From Bacteroidales bacterium (GTDB lineage Bacteria; Bacteroidota; Bacteroidia; Bacteroidales; UBA7960): a stretch of DNA of 64,000 nt. Position numbers and translations under genes: made by a program. How positions within the stretch are numbered: position 1 is the first letter of the stretch; the number at the start of each line of letters is the position of its first letter. Below the pieces are notes generated by a model. It did no database searches. It was not told the origin of the DNA and saw nothing but the letters and a program-made list of their open reading frames with translations. Of this stretch, positions 9,685 to 17,697 are shown in pieces. Location of the stretch: contig SKSE01000154.1 in assembly GCA_007118135.1 (NCBI GenBank), forward strand, positions 5,465 to 69,464, in the 5' to 3' direction.

Positions 9685-11172
9685 TTATGTGGTTTCAATG
9701 GCTTTTTCCAAAGAACTGTCTTTAGTATAAAATCGCTCCCATTTACTTTTGGGGTCGCGTTTTGTAGCAAGAGAAACTACGATAAGCACAATTATTGATA
9801 AAGCGGCCGAGGGCAGAATAATATAAGTAAAAGGAACCAAAGGTTCGGGAAGTACAGAGTTTAAGATCGTGATAATAACTGTAACACCCATACCTGTCGC
9901 GATTGATGCTACACCCCCGGCCATTGTTACCCTTTTCCAGAGAAAGGCGGCCAGAAGGGCAGGGGTGAGCCCTGCACCCACCATAGTGTAGGCAGCTAAT
10001 GCCATGGCAAGTATGGTTTCGAACTGGGTTAGCAGCAGGTAAGCAACAAACCCGAGCAAAATAACCATTATACGCTGTATCAGGATAATTTTCTTGGCGG
10101 AAGCTTCCGGATTGATAAAGCGTTGGTAAATATCGCGTGTAAGATTGGTTGATGGCGTAAGCAAAAAGCTGTTACCGGTTGAAGTTATAATAGCTACCGA
10201 TGCGCACAACAATAATAAGCCCGCCCAGACAGGTAGTCCTACTTCAGTGCTGTAGCGTGCTGTATGTAAAATAACCTTTTCGGCTTCTGCAGCTGCCAGG
10301 AAAAGTTCTGAATCAACCGGCAAAGCATTGAAATGGCTAAAAGCAAGAATTGCAACGCTTGCCAAAGCCGTACTAACAATAATGGTTCCTATTACCCACC
10401 AAACTACTGCAGACTTGGCTGCTTTTTCACTTTTGGCAGAAAAGAATTTTTGATACATGTTTGATTCGCCCAACAATAGAAAAAGGGTTGGCAAGAATAT
10501 TCCCATTGCCCAAAAGAAGTTTTCGTCACCCAAAACTGTAAAGTGACTTGCAGGTACGGTAGCTGTAAGATGCTCTGAGCCACCTATGCTTAAGTAAATT
10601 ATAGGTACGGCAATAATAACAGCAATGGTTATTATTGCTCCGTTAATTACATCTACCGAAACTATTGACAGCATTCCGGCAAATGCGGTAAAAAGAATGA
10701 TGAAGCCTGCCGTCAGCAAAACTCCTTGCCATTCGGGAATCCCGGCCACGAGGTTTAGTACAAAGCCACCACCCCTGAACTGATAACCCACAATGGTTGT
10801 GTAGGCTATAACAATAACAATACTACCCAGTATGCGCGCCCACTTATTGTAGCGCAATTCCAAAATATCCGGAACGGTAAACTCTGCAATGCGCCTTACT
10901 TTTCCTGCAAGAAAAAAAACAAGAATGATTCCTAACCAGCCTCCTGCTGCCATCCATAATGATGAAAGCCCAACATTAGCAGCCAAACCTGCCCCTGCCA
11001 GTAAACTTCCTGAACCCATCCAGGTGCATAATAAAGTGCCTACCAGTTTTGCTGTAGAAACTTTACGGCCTGCCACCATAAAGTCCTCCTGGCTTTTTAC
11101 CATAAAGCTTTTCCAGATTGATATTGACATTAGCACTACAAGGTAACCGACTACAACCCACAGGAATATCAT
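9685..11172 (-). CDS. Sodium:solute symporter (SSS) family transporter, 495 aa
   Basis: About 13 TM segments. N-terminal pattern ...EDFMVAGRKVS...TWMGSGSLLAGAGLA typical of SSS permeases. Confidence 0.75.
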   Translation of the reverse strand: MIFLWVVVGYLVVLMSISIWKSFMVKSQEDFMVAGRKVSTAKLVGTLLCTWMGSGSLLAGAGLAANVGLSSLWMAAGGWLGIILVFFLAGKVRRIAEFTVPDILELRYNKWARILGSIVIVIAYTTIVGYQFRGGGFVLNLVAGIPEWQGVLLTAGFIILFTAFAGMLSIVSVDVINGAIITIAVIIAVPIIYLSIGGSEHLTATVPASHFTVLGDENFFWAMGIFLPTLFLLLGESNMYQKFFSAKSEKAAKSAVVWWVIGTIIVSTALASVAILAFSHFNALPVDSELFLAAAEAEKVILHTARYSTEVGLPVWAGLLLLCASVAIITSTGNSFLLTPSTNLTRDIYQRFINPEASAKKIILIQRIMVILLGFVAYLLLTQFETILAMALAAYTMVGAGLTPALLAAFLWKRVTMAGGVASIATGMGVTVIITILNSVLPEPLVPFTYIILPSAALSIIVLIVVSLATKRDPKSKWERFYTKDSSLEKAIETT

Positions 11173-11291
11173 GTTTTTTGTATTTTGTGGAGTATTATAA
11201 ATTCACTCCGGATTAATAAATTAGTTTGGTTTCTTTCACTGAAGCCTGCAAAGTAAATGAAAATTTTAAAAAACAACCCCACTCAAATTAA

Positions 11292-11331
11292 AAAACCCTG
11301 CAAAAAAAATATTTTACAGGGTTTTTTCATA
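11292..11331 (-). terminator. Hairpin plus U-tract (bidirectional shape) downstream of the blaI-blaR1-like operon
   Basis: AAAACCCTG / CAGGGTTTT stem flanked by A-run and T-run. Confidence 0.55.
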
Positions 11332-11447
11332 AAGCAGTACACAAGGTATACCACAGATATTTAATCTTAGACTCTTAATCAAAAAGTTTATTTCTGATAT
11401 CTACCTACAGGTGTTTCAATTAATATTACAACTTAAGTTTTTTAGGC

Positions 11448-13124
11448 TTACTTTTCCTGAAGTTGGTTATCCAATTCTTTGAAGAATTCTTCAAGGTTCA
11501 GGTTTTCAAAAACTTCATTGAGAGTTGGACCAACAATTTCGAGTGATTTACCTACTTCTTCCATAATGGAGTTTATGTTGACTCCCAACTCTGACCAGTC
11601 CAAGCTATTTAATTCTTCAAAAACCTTTTGCAGTTCTCTTGAAATTTCCTGCATACCATCCTTGAAATGCTCATCACCTATTGATTCATTAATTTCGTGC
11701 AAAGCCCTGCTAACTTCATCCCTGGCTTTCTGCATATCTGCTCTAAATTCTTCATTGCTCATTTCAATTTTAATTTGCTCCATGGCTTTGCGTATCTCTT
11801 CGCGGGCCTGTTCCATTTCTTTTTTGATTTCTTCCGAATTAATTTCTTTTCGAACTTCCTCCATAGCTTCGCGAATGGCGATACGAGCCTCATGCATAGC
11901 TTGCCTGATTTCTGCTTTTTCTTCTTCAGATAGTTCGCCCCAATGTATTGATTCACCGTTTTCAAGTACAATCCTTTTGGGTTCTGATGTTAATGTGTCA
12001 GAATGAATGGTGGCAGATAAGGAAATTGAAGGTGTGCTTTCATCAGCCTGGTAAAGTGTTTCACTTTTACTTTCAGTATCAGAAAATGCCAGAAATGATG
12101 GCGGGTTCATCCATGCCAGAGAAATTGTTGCAGCCGCAATTACTATAATTGCTGCAATTTTTTGTCCGGGTTTGAAATTTCTTGTTTTCATGTGCATAAT
12201 GTTTTTAATACGTGTTAATAATGTGTTTTTTGAAGAACTTGCTGCCAGAACCGGTTGCAATGAGCCCTGACGTTTTTCTTCGATGATTAAAAGTGTTTGT
12301 GCATATTTTAAGGGATTGTTGGTTTGTTTTACCACCCATTCATCAACTTTGGATTCTCTTTGCGCTCTTAAAGTTTGCGAAATCCACCAGGTAAATGGAT
12401 GATAAAAAAACAGAATTTCAAGTATGTACTGCAGCGCATTTATGTAATGGTCTTTACAGCGAATATGATAAAACTCATGCAAAATTATGTTTTCAACTTC
12501 CTGTATGCTTATTGAAGCTGAAATGGCAAATGGAAGCAAAACCACCGGCTTGAAAAAACCTGCAACCAATGGTACGGTAACATTAGGCGAAAGCCAGACT
12601 TTTATTTTGTTGCTGATCCCTGTATTTTTTCTGGCTTTAATGATTGCATTTTCCCATGAATCGGGTATCCGCGAAAGCTTACTCCGTTTTATGCGAAACA
12701 GCCTGGTATAAGAAAGAATAAAGTAAGCTGACATCAAAACTATACCTCCAAGGTATATCCAGAAAATAAATGATGAATAACCTTCAAGAAGCATCGATAA
12801 GGTAGTGTTTTCCTTTTGCAGAACATATAAGGAGCTAAGTCCTTCCAGCTTCTCAATGCCCGCCTCTTCAAATTCTACAAAGGCGATACGTTGTACTTTG
12901 CGGTAAATACTGTATTGTTTTAAAAAAGTTATTATGAAAACAACAGGTATTGTAAGTAAGGCAAAAATGCTTAGATTCTGCCTTACAAGAGCCGGGGCTT
13001 TTCTGGCAAATAAAATGGAAATTCTCCAGAGTATTGTAATAACCACAATTTGCCATAAAGAATGTAAAATACTCCATGCAAGAGCATTTACCAAGGGCTC
13101 GGGGATATATTCAATGATTCTCAT
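11448..13124 (-). CDS. BlaR1/MecR1-type M56 peptidase signal transducer with a non-canonical repeat C-terminal domain
   Basis: N-terminal TM helices and zinc motif ILHEFYHIRCKDH (HExxH). 4-nt overlap with the upstream BlaI-like gene. The C-terminus is an acidic helical repeat, not a penicillin-binding domain. Confidence 0.8.
   Translation of the reverse strand: MRIIEYIPEPLVNALAWSILHSLWQIVVITILWRISILFARKAPALVRQNLSIFALLTIPVVFIITFLKQYSIYRKVQRIAFVEFEEAGIEKLEGLSSLYVLQKENTTLSMLLEGYSSFIFWIYLGGIVLMSAYFILSYTRLFRIKRSKLSRIPDSWENAIIKARKNTGISNKIKVWLSPNVTVPLVAGFFKPVVLLPFAISASISIQEVENIILHEFYHIRCKDHYINALQYILEILFFYHPFTWWISQTLRAQRESKVDEWVVKQTNNPLKYAQTLLIIEEKRQGSLQPVLAASSSKNTLLTRIKNIMHMKTRNFKPGQKIAAIIVIAAATISLAWMNPPSFLAFSDTESKSETLYQADESTPSISLSATIHSDTLTSEPKRIVLENGESIHWGELSEEEKAEIRQAMHEARIAIREAMEEVRKEINSEEIKKEMEQAREEIRKAMEQIKIEMSNEEFRADMQKARDEVSRALHEINESIGDEHFKDGMQEISRELQKVFEELNSLDWSELGVNINSIMEEVGKSLEIVGPTLNEVFENLNLEEFFKELDNQLQEK
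11451..11945 (-). repeat. Tandem 27-aa (81-bp) repeats, about 5-6 copies, forming the BlaR1-like C-terminal domain
   Basis: Aligned units: HWGELSEEEKAEIRQAMHEARIAIREA / MEEVRKEINSEEIKKEMEQAREEIRKA / MEQIKIEMSNEEFRADMQKARDEVSRA / LHEINESIGDEHFKDGMQEISRELQKV / FEELNSLDWSELGVNINSIMEEVGKSL. Conserved columns include E11, hydrophobic 13, M17 and R21. Confidence 0.75.
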
Positions 13125-13507
13125 GGATTTTTGTTTTCAAATTGTTTGAGATACTCTTTGATCTCATCAATATCTTTGCGCGATAGCTCCTTTTGATCAA
13201 GAGCACCCATAATAAGACGGCTTTCGGAGCCTTTAAACAAGCCGTTGAGCATTTTATTCAGAAATTTTTTCTGGATTTTTTCCCTGCTTAACAGTGGTTT
13301 GTAGATGTGAGTCCGGTTTGATGTGTTTCTTTCCAGTAAACCCTTTTCAGTCATTATTTGCATAATCTTTAGTGTGGTTGTATAGCCGGTATCTTTTACC
13401 TGCTCCAGCACTTCGTGAACCTCGCGAACGGTTGCATTACCCTTATCCCATAGTATCTGTAGGATTTCAAGTTCGCTTTCTGTAGGGTTGTATTTTTTAT
13501 TGCTCAT
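13121..13507 (-). CDS. BlaI/MecI/CopY-family winged-helix transcriptional repressor
   Basis: 128 aa. N-terminus ...ELEILQILWDKGNATVREVHEVL...GYTTTLKIMQIMTEKGLL is the family wHTH. Located directly upstream of the M56 gene. Confidence 0.85.
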   Translation of the reverse strand: MSNKKYNPTESELEILQILWDKGNATVREVHEVLEQVKDTGYTTTLKIMQIMTEKGLLERNTSNRTHIYKPLLSREKIQKKFLNKMLNGLFKGSESRLIMGALDQKELSRKDIDEIKEYLKQFENKNP

Positions 13508-13512
13508 AGGTG

Positions 13513-13528
13513 TACGAATATTTTCGTA
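13513..13528. promoter_or_regulatory. Operator 1: perfect 6-4-6 palindrome TACGAA-TATT-TTCGTA
   Basis: Read directly from the sequence. Lies 6 nt upstream of the blaI-like ATG. TAC...GTA outer bases resemble BlaI/MecI/CopY boxes. Confidence 0.65.
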
Positions 13529-13529
13529 G

Positions 13530-13537
13530 CAAATTTA
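13530..13537 (-). promoter_or_regulatory. Bacteroidota -7 box TAAATTTG for the blaI-blaR1-like operon
   Basis: Matches TAnnTTTG on the minus strand and lies exactly between the two palindromes. Confidence 0.55.
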
Positions 13538-13538
13538 A

Positions 13539-13554
13539 TACGAAGCTTTTCGTA
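13539..13554. promoter_or_regulatory. Operator 2: perfect 6-4-6 palindrome TACGAA-GCTT-TTCGTA
   Basis: Same half-sites as operator 1. Centres are 26 bp apart. Confidence 0.65.
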
Positions 13555-13641
13555 AAACAAGTTTTTTATTCAGAAAAAAATAAAAAAATCCCAAATTGCT
13601 AATAATCTGCAGTTTGGGAATGTAAGAAAAGATTATGGGTT

Positions 13642-14340
13642 TTAGTATATCTTGCTCAAGACAGTATAATTTTCCAATCTGCCTCTGCTGTTATATGATT
13701 CACTTCTTACAGTACCAACACCCTCGGCCCAGTAATCAACAGTGTTCATAGTCATTCTATGTGGTATTCCCATAGTGCGGCTTTCAGTGTATAATTCGGA
13801 GGTGATTTTGAATGACTCGAAAGTACCGGCAGGAGTTGTTATAGTTTCCATACCTTCGATTTTGCGGTTGCGAATAATAAATGTTATTTCAGTTATTCTC
13901 ATTCCACCTGAACTTACCGACATTGTCATTGTGGCATCCTCAAGTTCTTGCCCTACCTTGGGGTTGTCAGGAAAAACAATATCTATGCTTGAAACATCAA
14001 CTTCCATATCCTGAAAACCCTGAAGCATTGTCTGGTCCATCATGGATTTTATGTCCATAATGATTTCATTGCCCTTACAAATGATGGTAAAGTCACTCTC
14101 GTGCTGAAAATTTTCGCGGTTATCATAGTATTTTGTATTAATAACTGCTTCAATTTTGTCTGCATGCTGAATGGTCTCTTTTACCATCAAATCCTGGGTT
14201 CCCTGCAGTCTGTCGCGTCGGTCAAAACTCTGAAACTGGACTCCATTATTTTCAATAAGAGGAAAGTATAAACTGCACTTTTGTGCCCAAACTGATGTTG
14301 AAATCAAAGAAATCAACAAAATAATAAAATATTTCTTCAT
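13642..14340 (-). CDS. Secreted or lipoprotein-like hypothetical protein, 232 aa
   Basis: Signal peptide MKKYFIILLISLISTSVWAQ. No motif I recognise. Confidence 0.5.
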   Translation of the reverse strand: MKKYFIILLISLISTSVWAQKCSLYFPLIENNGVQFQSFDRRDRLQGTQDLMVKETIQHADKIEAVINTKYYDNRENFQHESDFTIICKGNEIIMDIKSMMDQTMLQGFQDMEVDVSSIDIVFPDNPKVGQELEDATMTMSVSSGGMRITEITFIIRNRKIEGMETITTPAGTFESFKITSELYTESRTMGIPHRMTMNTVDYWAEGVGTVRSESYNSRGRLENYTVLSKIY

Positions 14341-14361
14341 AGATTTTAGGGTTTAGGTTTG

Positions 14362-14369
14362 TAAATTTG
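14362..14369 (+). promoter_or_regulatory. -7 box TAAATTTG upstream of yjbQ-like gene
   Basis: TAnnTTTG match 68 nt upstream of the ATG. Confidence 0.4.
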
Positions 14370-14436
14370 TATTTGTGAAAATAATAAGAATTCTGTTAAA
14401 GTTAACAATTTTTCGATAAGAATAAAATCCAATATT

Positions 14437-14847
14437 ATGATTCAACAGTATGAAATTCGCCTGCCTTCTTTCAGAAGAGGATATCATGAAATAACCAGTC
14501 ATGTGCTTAAAGCAATATCCGAATTGCCTGCCAAAGGTTTGTTAAATGTTTTTATTCATCATACTTCAGCAGGGCTTATGATTAATGAAAATGCCGATCC
14601 TTCGGTTATGACGGATATGGAAAGTATGTTTAATCATCTTGTTCCGGAAAAACTGCCATTTCTGGTTCATACCATGGAAGGGCCGGATGATATGCCTGCA
14701 CATGTAAAGTCAGCTATTACAGGAGTCTCTCTGACAATACCCATTAGCAACGGCAGGCTAAAACTGGGAACATGGCAGGGAATCTTTTTATGTGAATTCA
14801 GAAATCACGGCGGACAGCGCAAACTTACTGTAACAGTTTATTCCTAA
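14437..14847 (+). CDS. yjbQ: YjbQ/UPF0047 family protein (secondary thiamine-phosphate synthase enzyme)
   Basis: 136 aa. Motifs HHTSAGLMINENADPSV and DDMPAHVKSAITGVSLTIPI..G.L.LGTWQGIFLCEFR. Confidence 0.8.
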   Translation: MIQQYEIRLPSFRRGYHEITSHVLKAISELPAKGLLNVFIHHTSAGLMINENADPSVMTDMESMFNHLVPEKLPFLVHTMEGPDDMPAHVKSAITGVSLTIPISNGRLKLGTWQGIFLCEFRNHGGQRKLTVTVYS

Positions 14848-14942
14848 AAAAACCATTAAGCCAATAACCCATTAACCAATTAACCAATTAACCTACATTA
14901 CAACTTTTTTCATTCAATATCAATACTTTCAAAAAAAACTTA

Positions 14943-14950
14943 TACATTTG
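14943..14950 (+). promoter_or_regulatory. -7 box TACATTTG upstream of the second acyl-CoA ligase
   Basis: TAnnTTTG match 42 nt upstream of the ATG. Confidence 0.4.
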
Positions 14951-14991
14951 ATTAATCTTTAAAATTACTTTTTCCAACCCAAAGCAAGCCC

Positions 14992-16770
14992 ATGGAAGAC
15001 CATATTATCCGGATGTTTCTAAACCGGACAAAAACCTATGACCACGAAGAAGTTCTGCGATACAGGGATAAAGATAAAATCTATCAGTCATTAAGCTGGA
15101 AACAGCTAAAGGCAAGAGTTGATGATACAATTTCGGGCCTAAGTACATTGGGCTGCAAAAAGCAGGAGAATGTAGGGATTTTTAGTTCGAACCGATACGA
15201 ATGGTTAATTACCGATTTGGGTATTCTGGCCAATAGTTCTGTTGTTGTACCCTTTTATTCAACAGCTTCGAGGGAGCAGGTTAAATATATTGTTGATGAA
15301 ACCCAGATGCGATTTATTTTTGTTGGAAACAAAGAGCAGATGGAACTTGCTCTATCATTAATTGATGAAGGCTCTACTTTGAAAAAGGTAATTTCATTTG
15401 ATCCGGTTGTTACTGATGATGAGCGTGTAATAAGCTTCGAAAACTTTTTGCTCCTCCCATCGCAAAACGGAATAAACCTGGTTATTGAAGATTTGGAACC
15501 AAATTACAGTGCACAGGATCTGGCCACAATAATTTATACATCGGGCACAACCGGCGAACCAAAGGGCGCAATGCTAAAGCATGATAATTTTATGTATTGT
15601 TTTCATATTCATGATAAAAGGCTGGATGTAAATGAAAAAGATGTTTCGTTGAGTTTTCTTCCCCTTAGCCATGTTTTTGAAAGATTGTGGAGTCATTATA
15701 TGTTACATTGCGGCGCTGTAAATGTATTTCTTGAAAACCCCAGAGAAGTAATTGAAGTGCTTCCTGTTGTTAAACCCACACTTATGTGCACAGTTCCCAG
15801 GTTTTTTGATAAAACCTACGAAGGGATTCATAATGAATTGAGTAAATGGCCAGCATTTAAACAAAAGATATTTAATTGGTCAATGTCCATAGGGCACGAA
15901 GTAATTGAATACAAATGTCGTACTAAGAAACCCCCTTTCATTCTCAGATTCAAGCATCAGATTGCTGATATTCTTGTATTAAAAAAACTCAGGAAAATAT
16001 TTGGCGGAAAAATTAAAGCAATGCCTTGTTCTGGTTCTGCAATAGATACATATATTCTGAAATTTTTTCATGCCATGGGGATATTCGTTAATTATGGATA
16101 TGGTGCCACTGAAACCACGGCAACAGTTTCCTGTTTTAAAACCGACAGGTATTATTATGGTACATGTGGTTCAGTAATGCCCGGGGTAGAAGTAATGATA
16201 ACTGAAGAAAGTGAAATTCTGGTGAAGGGAAGGAGTGTTTTTTCATTTTATTATAAAAAACCAGCCGAAACAAAGGAAGCATTTCAGGATGATTGGTTCA
16301 AAACAGGTGATGAAGGTTATGTTGACCATCAGAATAACCTGATTATGATAGATCGTATAAAAGATCTTATGAAAACTTCAGTGGGGAAATACGTATCGCC
16401 CCAAAAACTGGAATTGTTGCTTAGTCGCGACGAACTGGTTGAACAAATTATTGTTGTTGGCGATAACCGCCAGTTTGTTACCGCTCTTGTTGTACCCGCT
16501 AAGGAGAAACTTATGCAGGTTGCTAAAAATGTAGGTATTTCGTATGATAATGAAAGTGACTTGATTCAGTCCAAAGGTACATATCAGCTTTTCGAAAACC
16601 GTTTCAGTAATCTTCAAAAAGATCTTACGCCATATGAAAGGGTGGTAAAGTTTGTTCTTCTTAAAGAACCTTTTAGCATTGAAGCCGGTACTATGACAAA
16701 TACACTTAAGTTGCGCAGAAGATCTATTGAGAAAAGCTACAAGCATCTTATAGACCAAATGTATTCCTGA
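14992..16770 (+). CDS. AMP-dependent synthetase/ligase (long-chain acyl-CoA synthetase-like), 592 aa
   Basis: Motifs IIYTSGTTGEPKGAMLKHDNF, YGYGATETT, DWFKTGDEG. Confidence 0.85.
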   Translation: MEDHIIRMFLNRTKTYDHEEVLRYRDKDKIYQSLSWKQLKARVDDTISGLSTLGCKKQENVGIFSSNRYEWLITDLGILANSSVVVPFYSTASREQVKYIVDETQMRFIFVGNKEQMELALSLIDEGSTLKKVISFDPVVTDDERVISFENFLLLPSQNGINLVIEDLEPNYSAQDLATIIYTSGTTGEPKGAMLKHDNFMYCFHIHDKRLDVNEKDVSLSFLPLSHVFERLWSHYMLHCGAVNVFLENPREVIEVLPVVKPTLMCTVPRFFDKTYEGIHNELSKWPAFKQKIFNWSMSIGHEVIEYKCRTKKPPFILRFKHQIADILVLKKLRKIFGGKIKAMPCSGSAIDTYILKFFHAMGIFVNYGYGATETTATVSCFKTDRYYYGTCGSVMPGVEVMITEESEILVKGRSVFSFYYKKPAETKEAFQDDWFKTGDEGYVDHQNNLIMIDRIKDLMKTSVGKYVSPQKLELLLSRDELVEQIIVVGDNRQFVTALVVPAKEKLMQVAKNVGISYDNESDLIQSKGTYQLFENRFSNLQKDLTPYERVVKFVLLKEPFSIEAGTMTNTLKLRRRSIEKSYKHLIDQMYS

Positions 16771-16771
16771 C

Positions 16772-17671
16772 TTATTCTGCCCGGCGCTGATGTTTCCATC
16801 TTTTATGCGACCACAACCATTTTTCTGGTTTTTCGCTGATTACTTTTTCAAGATTTTTGGCATAACGAAGCGTTATTTCACCATCCGGGATTTCATTTGG
16901 CTTGTCGGCAAGCACTGATAATGTCATTTCATAATATCCTCTTTTCACCCTTTCAATATCTGTAAAAATAACAGGATAGTTGTTACTCTTTGCATGCTTT
17001 TCGGGCCCGTGTAAAAATGCAGTATCGCGTCCAAGAAAATCAATCCAATAGGCAAATACCGGTTTTGAAGGACTTTGATCTGCGGCCATCAGAAACAGAG
17101 TTGGTATTGTTTTCTGCTGCTTAAAGCTTAAACTGGTTTCTTTTATCGATGCCAGTGTAGTCCCAAACCGGGAACGGCTCCATCTGAGAAACCTATCAAC
17201 ATAAGGGTTTTTTAATGGCTTATAAAAACCTAAGATATGATAGGGTGTTTGTAGCCCGGCTGATAAACTTCCCCATTCCCAGTTACATATATGACCGGTA
17301 ACCAAAATAAGACTCTTCTGCTCAGCAAAAAATGGATCAACTATTTCCGGGTTTCTGACCTTATGTCGTTTTAGTACCGAAGACCGGGACATAGTAAAAC
17401 TTTTTATACCCTCAACAATTACATCAGAAAGGTTAGCATAGATTTTCTTAATTAATTCTTTCTTTTCTTCATCTTTTACCTTAAGATTTGAAAGAGAAAT
17501 GTTTTTATGAATCACTTGTAAACGGTATTTAAACACCCTTCTCAACAAAAAAGCAAGGAAATCAGAAAAAAGATACAACAGTCGAAAAGGTATTATCCCA
17601 AATAAGCCAACAAAAAATATAAAAAGTCCTGATGTGAGAATATTGGTTATTTTTTTGAATATTTTTTTCAT
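16772..17671 (-). CDS. Lipid A biosynthesis / lysophospholipid acyltransferase (LpxL/HtrB family)
   Basis: N-terminal TM anchor, HX4E motif in VTGHICNWEW, C-terminal ...PEKWLWSHKRWK typical of the family. Confidence 0.75.
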   Translation of the reverse strand: MKKIFKKITNILTSGLFIFFVGLFGIIPFRLLYLFSDFLAFLLRRVFKYRLQVIHKNISLSNLKVKDEEKKELIKKIYANLSDVIVEGIKSFTMSRSSVLKRHKVRNPEIVDPFFAEQKSLILVTGHICNWEWGSLSAGLQTPYHILGFYKPLKNPYVDRFLRWSRSRFGTTLASIKETSLSFKQQKTIPTLFLMAADQSPSKPVFAYWIDFLGRDTAFLHGPEKHAKSNNYPVIFTDIERVKRGYYEMTLSVLADKPNEIPDGEITLRYAKNLEKVISEKPEKWLWSHKRWKHQRRAE

Positions 17672-17697
17672 GTCATATTTACTTGCAGTCTGCTGAA

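Noticed and set aside
11479-12006. A 175-aa plus-strand ORF, with sibling ORFs at 11697-11933 and 11759-11971, inside the BlaR1-like gene.
   Set aside because: The Ser/Leu/Ile-rich translation is the antisense image of the E/K-rich 27-aa repeat region, and no independent signals support it.
14858-14900. The AACCAATT-type microsatellite-like stretch (aaccattaagccaataacccattaaccaattaaccaattaacc) between yjbQ and the acyl-CoA ligase.
   Set aside because: It is short, imperfect low-complexity sequence in an AT-rich spacer, with no evidence of function.
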